From Podospora anserina (taxonomy: Eukaryota), in the NCBI GenBank assembly GCA_017654855.1, contig CM030338.1, positions 1,674,001 to 1,738,000 of the forward strand: a stretch of 64,000 nucleotides of DNA, written 5' to 3'. A model generated the notes under the pieces. The model was not told the DNA's origin. It saw nothing but the letters and a program-made list of their open reading frames with translations, and searched no databases. This document shows positions 13,201 to 22,940 of this stretch, in pieces (position 1 is the stretch's first letter; each line of letters begins with the position of its first letter). The position numbers and the translations under genes are program-made.

Positions 13201-14311
13201 ATTCCAGGACGTCTTCGTCGTCGTCGGCAGAACGGCCTTTCTTGGAAACCTTGGACAGTGCCTTGACACTAGAAGGCATTGATGCCACAAGTTTGGCAGT
13301 CCCGCCTCCAGGAGTCTTGGGGCGCCCTGACGCCTCAACTGAGGGCCTTGGACCGAGCCTTACTTTTGGTTTGGGGTAAGGATACGAGCTGCTAGGATAG
13401 AGGTCAAGCGAGGACATGCGCCTCCCCGCGTCATCGAACGATTGAGCCGGTGAAGAGGGCCTGTCAACACCCGTAAACTGAGGAGGATCTCGTCCGTCGG
13501 TGAATCTGGAAGCGTCGGGTATCGTGGCAAGATCTGCGTTGAGCTTCACCGGAGGCTGTACAACATATTGGCCCGGAGACCCAGGGCGATCGTGTTCCTG
13601 CACAGTCGATTGTCTTTTGCGATCTCGTTCCTCTTCCTCTTCTTCCTCGGCAATTTCCACCAATCGTCTTCGGCGCAACGAACTGGTAGAAGATGAAGTC
13701 GAACCCGAAGCAGCGTGGAGTGAGCAAGCAGCCGAGAGCTTGGTGTCCTTCAGTTCCTTCGCCTCGGTGATCTCAAACACTGTATCGTGGGGCGAGAAGC
13801 GGTCACAAACAGAATCAAAGTGAACGGTCACCCGCGCTGTCGGTTGTCAATCTTCAGCTGCTCCAACAAAGGCAAGGGAGTGCCCTAGGAAGGGCGGGGT
13901 GAAACAAACCTTGGACCAATCTGGAACAATCCTCAGGCAGGTATTTGATGATGACATTCCGACGCCTGTATCTCAGATATCCGTACAGCGGCGACTTGTC
14001 TGTATACTCTGCTATGTTGTTTCGAATCTCGACAATCCCGCCGGTGCCCTGACCCAGAAGCTCAACTTCATCGCGGCTAGCATACTTGAGCAGGAACCTG
14101 GTGGTTTCAGCATAATGTTAGCAAGCAGTTCCCGGGTAGCTAAGGTAAGTTGGAGGTGTAGCTGGGGGCCAAGGGGCAAAAGTCATGACTGGGCGCAATA
14201 AGGATTCAGGGATGTGGGTTGCTTTCAGGGAACATACCATCCCCCCGCCTCTGCAACGGCTGCTTCATATGCCTCCTTGACTCGCGGGTCGTCCAATCCA
14301 TTCAACGACAT
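10218..14311 (-). CDS. Large protein with an N-terminal ADF-H/cofilin-like domain, a low-complexity S/P/E-rich middle and a C-terminal PH-like domain
   Basis: Exons 14311-14238, 14097-13910, 13836-10306 and 10252-10218 join in frame: MSLNGLDDPRVKEAYEAAVAEAGGWFLLKYASRDEVELL...SPLYGYLRYRRRNVIIKYLPEDCSRLVQARVTVHF...MGDVNVQFPDNLLWKRR...LPNSVVLDFVEGSGLQVACEDRAGQMNILHILTEAYQSHSR*. The last intron has a TACTAAC branch site. Domain names come from motif resemblance only. Confidence 0.85.
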
Positions 14312-14972
14312 CTCGGTATACCGCGCTTGTCGAAGGTGGCGCGCCTAGTCACCTCTACCTGCGACCAGAGGATGAAGCGGATGATTGTGGTTAAACTGGC
14401 TTCTCGCTGCCTCGACCGCGATGCCGGCGTGGTGCGGAAGATATAATCAAGAACAAATTCAGGGGTTGTAGGCAAGGCTGAACCGTTTTTATCGCACGTA
14501 GGTGAGCCGCGTCGTCTCCATGGAGTTGATTGGATATATCCGTCTCGAGGCGTTGTGGCAGCCCGGATGTAAGGCGCGCAAGATCATGGAACGGGATCTT
14601 GGATCGGCACCAGCGTTGCAGCAGATCAATCCGACAGTCGGTGGTTGCTTGGAAAGCAGCTTGTTTTTCTCTTAAAGAATGAATCAGACCACAAAATCCG
14701 AGCAAACAGCAAATCTCTTCAACAGTCAAGTTGTCTCAATCTCGAATGGTGGAGCTCCGGGCTTGACCGTTGGCAACGACGTTAATTGGGTAATTGAGAT
14801 CAGATGCACTTCCGTAACGTGGCTCCGTTGGGCATTCGTTCCAGTGGTCGCGTGTAGAATTTAGTTGGGTTGGGTAAAGTAGGTGGGAAAGAAAGAGAAG
14901 AAGAGGCAATAACAGGACAAAAGAGAGCAAGCAATAATTCAATCAAGAAAAAGAAGACGACGAAGTAACCGT

Positions 14973-14976
<4 letters not shown>

Positions 14977-15040
<64 letters not shown>

Positions 15041-15058
15041 TGTGTGTGTGTGTGTGTG
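14977..15058. repeat. Compound microsatellite (AG)30 + (TG)10
   Basis: Read directly: AG run 14977-15036, TG run 15039-15058. Confidence 0.98.
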
Positions 15059-15552
15059 TTCGACGAGTGGCAGCAGCAGGACAGAGAACTGAAGTTGTGC
15101 CGTTGCTCTGCTTGGGATGCGCCTGCTTCGCAAACGAACTGGGAAAAGGGGGCTCGTCGCGAGAGAGAGAAAAAAATGATTAAGTTAATAATGAGGGGAT
15201 GCGATCAAAAGGAGGTTGAGAGGCGTCTGGCGTCTGGCGTCTGGCTGCTTGCCGTCGCTCCGTCACGGCGCTCCTCCTGGTGAGATAATTTATCTGCCAT
15301 TGGCCACTGAATGGGCAAGCAGCAAGGGTGGGGAGTGGGAGACGAGAATGGTCCCAGCACAGGGCATCGTGAGAGTGGGGACCTTGCAGAGGGGTCCAGG
15401 AACCGGGCCATGGTGTGAATTTCAGGGGTACCTTCCGGTCTTGGTCTCTCTCTCCTCACGCATAACATTTGTTAAAGAACATGGCGTGCTCAGGTAGCAT
15501 TCTGGGGATAGTCAAGATAGTTAGCCTTCATGAGAGAGGTAAGGTACACTGA

Positions 15553-16563
15553 GGAATAGTATGGGAATGGCGTCTTTGTAGCTTCAGAATACCATGTTTA
15601 TCTCCCAAGACCAGGTGGGCTGTTGAAATTGGTGAATCTCTTCAACTTTCCCAAACTTCAGCTTCAGTCATTTTCTCCTGGAGCCCGAAGGAGGACCCCT
15701 GCAGGCCATGCCCGGCACACTTGACCCCTTTGGGAAACCCCCATCTTCCGTTTCAACGGCGCTAAGTTTCGCCTTGGATTCCACTCCAGTTTGATGTCGA
15801 AGGCGACCCGAATTCTAGAAACAGAGGGGCGATTCTGTAAAGAGGAGTAGTTGCCGCTGATTCATCACTGAGAACAAGCACATCACCAACCAAGTCTGAC
15901 TGCATCGGAACCACATACCATGGGCATCTCGTCCTTCGTAACAGAGGACGTTGTGGAGTCGGGGATGAAACGTGGTGACAACTGTGCCATGTGCAGGCGT
16001 TTTTAACACCCGGGGAATTTGTCCCACCACAACCACCACCCAACAGCGCGGTATGCACCCACGTTGCATCGTTCGATAACCTTGGTGTAAACCACAGACA
16101 CGCTTTGACCTTTTGTGACCGAGATACAGCCCCAGTTCTTTCTTCCATTCGCCAGCATTATCGTCTTAACTCCTCGCACCTTTAATGTTGCAGCCATGAG
16201 GGCCCGTGCGTCTCGATATCAAGACCAATCATCATGAAGTCGTGGAAGAAGGACGGCAGGACACTTGAACGTCGTCTGATGGCCAAGATAAACAATTGGG
16301 ATTGTTTCGACGGGAGATCTTCCCATGAAATTATTGTCACACTTGATTCTGCGGTCGAAGATGCAGCCGATCTCTGTGCAGCCTACTATCAGAACGTCAG
16401 TTTCACGACTTTATACTTTAACTCTACCTACCCTATTCACGGCATGCCATATACGCATAGAGTAAAGAACTTACCGGTGTTCAGAGATCATATCTATCCA
16501 TTCCTCCCGTGGTCTGGGTCTGTCCTATTTCAAGATCCAAGCTATTTGGTTGGCATGGTGTGA
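15553..16563 (+). pseudogene. Possible decayed gene relic (one frame with 4 internal stops)
   Basis: One + frame runs 337 codons with stops only at 15763 (TAA), 15838 (TAA), 15976 (TGA) and 16183 (TAA), and ends in the 109-aa ORF 16234-16563. No family recognised. Confidence 0.3.
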
Positions 16564-16837
16564 ATTTAAGCATGTAAGGTAAGGTACTTAAGAAAAACCT
16601 CACTGCTGTAGCTGCTTGCGGCAACAAAGAAAGGGGAGCAAAAGGGGAAAATATATCAACACCAAAACTGCTCCCATGACCAAGTATCACAAGAACAAAG
16701 AACTCATCACGGAGCCGAGCTTACCATGGAAAGTACTAGGTTATGGTCATTATGTCCTGAACAAATATACTCACGCATGAACAACCTCAGGTCAACAAGC
16801 CACTATGACAGCTCACCTCTTCATCCCCCTCCTCACC

Positions 16838-17782
16838 ATGTCCTCCCCCACCCCCTATTGCAACACCTGTTAAAGATCACCCCCCGAAGTAATCCTCCTC
16901 CCCTGCACCAACAGCTCCCAAACAACCTACTGCTCCCGCCTCTGCGAAGAAGCAGACCTAGCCACCCACCAAACCGAATGTGACCAACCACCCTCCCCTC
17001 TATCACCCCTACACCATCACCACCACCAAGATCTACCCTCCATCCCAGAAGAAGAAAACCCCTTCATCCCCTCCCACCCCCTCCCCCTCCGCATAGGAAC
17101 CCCTCACACCCGCCTCCTAAGCAACAAATACCTCCACAACCTGCCCCAACAAGACGTCTTCACCATCCTAATAGACACCTACCGCCTCCACCTCCACGAA
17201 CAGTTCAAATACGGCGGTCCCGACAATAACACACCAACAAAACCTCGCCACCACAACACACCTCAACCACCCGGCCCAGATACCACCACGCTCATCACCC
17301 ACTTCATCACCCTCGCCTCCTGCCGTCTAAAGCCCAACCCCCTCCTCCCACCCTGGTGGTCACCCACCAGCCTCAGCACCCTCCTCGACCTAGCCTCCGG
17401 TAACCTAACCACCTCCACCACCGCCCTCCTCCCCGACCTCCCCCCAGAAACAAAGGATTGGCCCAACCTCACCACCCGCCCAGCAATGTCGAAAGAGGAG
17501 CTTCGTTCTCACTACTATTATTCTCATAGTCAAAACAACCATCAACATGAAGCCGAAAATGACAACATCCAGGACGTCAGCAAACCGCCGGGCAGAAACA
17601 AACCGAATAGTAACAAAAGGGGCGACTTCATCCTCCAGCTCCGCTACCTGGCCCAGGTCATCTACGGCTGCCCAACCACAGGCGGCATCTCCTTCAAACC
17701 CACCATTGCCCTGCTGGCAGAAATCGAAAAGAGAAAAGGCTGGGTGGAAGACAGGCGGTTTTGGGAGTACTTACGGTCTTGA
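16838..17782 (+). pseudogene. MYND-type zinc-finger protein gene interrupted by a single in-frame TAA (codon 12)
   Basis: caccATG at 16838 gives MSSPTPYCNTC*RSPPEVILLPCTNSSQTTYCSRLCEEADLATHQTEC, then reads open to TGA at 17782. It carries motifs typical of the fungal MYND family: TRLLSNKYLHNLPQQDVFTILIDTYRL, LLPPWW, QLRYLAQVIYG. Confidence 0.75.
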
Positions 17783-18271
17783 GGTCTTTGACCATATCAT
17801 GACCTAGGACATGACATTACAAATGCCCCTGCCGTGTAAATCTGTCAGAATTCCAAAAAAAACTGAATATAGCTCAACAGCTCTATCACACCCAAGAGTA
17901 AAAAACAACTTTAGCAATCACACCTTCACAAGGGTCACCCAAACGGCACACACATAATATGTTCATACCTAACAAAACGAAGCACATCCCCCCCTTCATC
18001 ATCTACATGCCTTCCGTTTTCGCTAAGATTATCAAAAAACATAAAAACATTCGCGTCTTCACTCTCCCATCCCAAAGACCCATTTTCTTTGCTTCAATAA
18101 CAACCCTTCATGTGTCTTCTACCCTCTCAAATCCCCATCACGGCCCTCCTGTGGCCCCATTACACTTTCAGCCATGCAACTTCCTTCACCCTTCAGCTCC
18201 ATCCGATCACTTCTTCACCTCTCAAAAACACCCCTCCTCTGTGGATGCCACCACCGCCGTCGGGTATTCTC

Positions 18272-20156
18272 CTAAGACTTGACCAGCGGCGGGTTAGAAC
18301 CCATCGCCGGTTCGGCCAACGGCGGTGCCGGCTCCGTCAAATCCGGGACCTCAACATCTGATCGAGTCCCATCAACAACCACCGCATCCTTCGTGCCGTT
18401 ACCCTCTACCGAGTTCACCACAGCCTGACTCGACGCCTCCTCAACAGAACCCTCAATTGCCGTCGGTGTAAAGTCCGCTTCCGCTTCTAGTTTAGCAGGG
18501 TCACGGCCGTGTCCAAAATTACTGGCCGAGATACCAACCGCGGGCGTGTTTCCTTCAGCAATCTTGGCTTTCGTCTCATTGATAATCTTTTCTGCCTCGC
18601 TGAGCTTGCCCGAGGCAGACGCACTGTCCCCCTCGACGCCAATCTCCTTGCTGGATTGCTGGTCGAGAGTGCCCTGCTTGTCAAAGCGGACGATCATACA
18701 AGAGAGGTTGTCAGTACTGAAGCGAGCAAGAGCGTGGTCAACAAGTTGTTTCGCTGCCGCGCCGGGGTCCATCGTGTTGCGGACAAGGTCGACAGCCTCT
18801 TGATCTGAGGCAACGTCCCACAACTGCAGGATATACGTTAGCATACATGGTACATGCAGGGCAGGATTAGACCTATAAACTTACCCCATCACAAGCAATA
18901 ATGATAAACTCATCTTCATTTGGCTGCAAAACAGTCTCCGTAGTGTACGGGTGCCCTGTCACCAACTCCTTCATGTATGTGTCGCCCAACGCCCGAGTGA
19001 CAGCAAGGACACCGTTCACGCGGTTGTTCAATATGAGGCCACCTGCTGCCGAGATGCGCTTGCCCTCATGCTCATCACTGCCCTTGTGGTCATAGGATAG
19101 CCGCATAGCCTTGCCCGCCCGACAGAGAACGATACGGGCGTCGCCGACGTTGGCGGTATAGAGAACACGCTGCCTCTTGGAAGCATCTTTTAACCTTGCA
19201 TGCGCAGCTTCAGGGGCCGCTAATGACGGGGCGCTCTCCCCAGTCTTCGCCTCCTCCGCGGCCTTTGCCAACGCAGGTGCAATGGCCTGAGAACCAGTCA
19301 CCGAGGCGTTGCTCGGGACCCGGTCTTCCCAACGAAGCACAGCGATGGCGGCGGTACAACCGCTGTTCTTGACTGGCAAGTTTGCCAGCTGCTGATCAAC
19401 AGCAGTGAATGTTTGGTCGAGCAGCTCGGGTATCGGCGAGTTTGGATTCTTTTTGATGATGTCTTCGAGGATAAGATGAAGCTTCTTTCCGCACCAGTCG
19501 GCAGCAAACGTGCCGGCATGCCCGTCGAAAATCGCAAAGTACCCATTGTCCGTCTCTACCATGTCGCTGCCACCAGCCACATCGGCATCGCCCGAGGACT
19601 TTGACGACTTGGAATCTGTACCGAGAGCCGGGGCTGGCGTACAGAGAAAGTTGTACAGGAATGCATGGGTGTCCTCCATCGTCCGCCTGCATCTCTTGTT
19701 GCGATCCTCCCAAACACCGACTTTGAAGGTAGATCGAGGGCCGGGGAGCGACGAGCCGGCGGCGTTGTTGTGCTGGCCCTGGGGCACGGCGAGTGCTTGA
19801 TCTTTCTTGCCTAACTCTTCCAGAAGAGCCTGGTCCGTATTCTTAGAGTTAGCACCCGCATCGCTGTTGCTGCCCTTCCCAGACTGAGTGAAGAGAGTAT
19901 TCTTCGCCTGGGCTATGAGGTTGCTGGCTTTGGCGCTCACCCCGCTGCTCCGGCGCTTCTTCTGCTCAGCCGAGCTGCCCGCGCTGGGAGGACTGCCATT
20001 GCCACTCCGCCTCTCGCCGCTCGCAGCCTGTTCGGTGGATTTGGTAGGCGATGGTGTAGCGCGGCCGGCGTCGTCCTTGTCCGGGGAAGGAGACTTGCTG
20101 CCAGCCTTGCTGCTCGAGTCCGCGATGCCGCTGTCTGACTTGGAACTGCCAAACAT
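18272..20156 (-). CDS. PTC1: Type 2C (PPM) Ser/Thr protein phosphatase Ptc1
   Basis: ATG at 20156 ([10 protein letters not shown]). Exon 1 to 18885, intron 18884-18824 (GTAAGT..CAG), exon 2 18823-18272. Motifs: [50 protein letters not shown]. Confidence 0.95.
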
Positions 20157-21358
20157 CCTCAGCAGGCCTCCCTGGGAGAGACTGCGTAGTTTGCTGCCTG
20201 CCAGATTGGATGTTTTAACGAAATAGGGGGCTTGAAAGAAGATGGCCCCAGACGTGATCGAGGGATTCAACCGGGAGCAGTGGAACTCGGTGCGCTTCGG
20301 TGTATGGACTTGGAAATAGGCGCTTGCGTGGCGGTGGTGGTGAAGATGTGCGAGTTGATCCAATGGGCCACGAGGTGAGACAGGATGGCAGTGATGGGCA
20401 AGAAGACAGGAGGGACAGGAAGATCGTTGGTGGGTTGGTGCCTGGGTTGTCTGAGGGGTCTTGTGATGGGAGGTGTCCTGGGATGATGTAATGGCCCAAA
20501 GCTGCGGCGGCTGTTCTGGGTAGGTGCAGATGGCAAGGACTGCGGGAGTTGTGGGAAAGTGTGGAATCAGTTGGAGACGACGAGAGAATACGGTACGGTA
20601 CGGTACGGTATGATGCTGTGTCTGACAGCGGGTCAACTCTCAGGAGGCCAGGCCGGTGTCGATCTGCCCGGCTGTGAGGCTTTGTCACGCCTGTCTCTGC
20701 GGTCCGTGGTTGTGTCGGTGGGTGTTGCTTGCAGGCGTAGCTGGGCGTCAGCGGCACGAAAGTGGGGTGATGGGAATCGATAGGCTGGGCACTAACGACC
20801 CTTGTCTCCCAAGGTTGCCAAGATGTCAGGGTTGTTGGACAAGGCAGCCCGTGAGGTTCTTGGGCTACTTTGATGTTTTGACGATGTTCAGGTATAGGTA
20901 GGCAATAGATGGATGGTAGCAGAAGCTGTCAAATGTGTCTTCAAGGCTGTTTTCAATAATTGCAACTAGGAAGCAGTGGTGGGGTGTACGCTGATGTAAT
21001 GTTACATACACCCCAGATGAGCGTGAACAAAAGAACCGAGCTCTTGGGGACACCCATAGTAAACCCATAGATCATCTAAACTACCACTTCATAGTCCTGC
21101 TCCCAAAAATGTACATGCCTACACTTGTCATAAATCATCCGCCGCTTGGAAAGAATACCAGTGCGCCTTCCAGGTTGTTTAACAGAAAAGCAGAAACAGA
21201 CGAGCCGGAAGAGGGTTTATATCATCCCCAGCCCCCATTAACGGCCTTGTAAACTTGGTGACTGCCCATAGAAAGCCGAACAGTTTCAAGTAGCACTCCA
21301 ACTCCGTAAGAACCTAAACCCACAAGCCATAACCGGATACAACACCACGCCTCCGCAA

Positions 21359-22154
21359 TCATCGTCTGAGACTGTCCAGCCGGGCTTGTAGGTCGTCGTC
21401 CCCGGGATCTGCTCCGCCGCCTCCTCCTCCAACCGCCTGCGCAATCTTGGTCTCCGGCACGGATTGGGACTGGAGACCTGAAGGTGTTTCGCCGAGCTAT
21501 AATTTGAATTCAATCAGCACGCCAGAAGAAAAGTCTTGGCAGCCACTGGTACTTACTGCTTGGCTCAAGTCTACACCAATCTCCTCCAAGACCTGTTCCA
21601 CAATCTCATCACCCTCCTCTTCAGCACCGACGTCCATGGCATCATCAATAGCATCGTCCATCATCTCTTGCCTTTGCTCCATGATGTCGTTCTCCCGCTC
21701 AAACTCCATGGCGATTCGCTGGAGAGAGGGAAGGTTCATAGTACGGTTCATGCTCCCAAGTGCCATCGTAGCACCCTTCATCGCCTGCATCATCTGCTCG
21801 TTCGTGCGGTAGGTCTGGAGGCGGAGGGAGATCTTTTGCAGCTGGCTCTTCATGCCGTAGAACTTGTCAATGTATCGTCTGGTGCGAACCAAATCCTTTG
21901 CTTGAATCTTGCAAGCACCCATCTGGCCCTTCTGGGCGCTCTGGCGAATCTGGGCGACGAGAGCCTTCTCCTGCTTCTCCAGCTTGACGCGCTGCTGGTC
22001 CAATTCCCTGATCGCCTTGTCGAGGAGTCGCTGGTTCTTGCGCAGACGCTCGGCCGGCGTCATGCGCTTGCCGAAAGCCCATTCTAGGATCTTGAGATGG
22101 TCAGTCCTAACTATGCTGAGGTGTAGTGGGGCGGTGCGGGAGACTCACATTCAT
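21359..22154 (-). CDS. DID4: ESCRT-III subunit Vps2/Did4 (CHMP2)
   Basis: Exons 22154-22149 (6 coding nt, ATG AAT), 22090-21557 and 21496-21359 give MNILEWAFGKRMTPAERLRKNQR...KIQAKDLVRTRRY...DDDLQARLDSLRR*, ending in a MIM1 motif. Confidence 0.95.
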
Positions 22155-22940
22155 CTTGCCGCTGTGATTCTCGAATGTGTGCAGAATTAGGTGTTGAGGG
22201 ACGAAATGCCGGCAGACCTGCTGGGCCGAAGACGTGTGTAGTTGAGTCAATGAAGAAACCAAGAGCAGGCTGCGCCGAAGTTGGTGGTGGTCTTGGTTGT
22301 CTTGGAGATGCGCTATCAGTCAAGGCAACGGCCTGTAATCCAGCCGCGGACGCGCAAGCCACTCTGAGGTTTTGAGCCACACCACGCTAAACACGGACGC
22401 TCCCAGGGAAGCAAACCCACAGTGACCTCATCCAAACCCAGCTTTTGCCCCGCAAATTGCATGTGTTCATGACCCCAGGACAAGGTCATGGGAGTCTGTA
22501 TCTCAAGAGGAAGTGCATCGATAATGCAAGGTGGACTCATTTTGGTCAGAATATGGGATAGTGAATACTGTTAGAGTATATCTAGCTTATTTCTGCTCTT
22601 CAGACCCTTTGTTCACCTGTTAGCCCGCGCGGAGCAGTATCATGATCTCAAAGTATAGAGCTCCGTATGGAAGAAACGCCCTATCGGTGCTATCAGAAAA
22701 TGGAATGTTCGGAAGGGCAACAGCCAATCAGAATGTGCCTTTCCTTGCGACGAACGGGAGATTTGCCGCTCCGCTAAAAATCATGCGGACGACGGGGAGC
22801 CATGATGAAAAACGTCAACCGAACAATTGCCCGACCTGCCATAGCCTACGGATGTACCCAAACCTTCGTTATGAATTTTGACTAGACTGTCCTGCACACC
22901 ATCTCCCCTCCACCCTCCCGATACGTGGCACGCTGTCACC

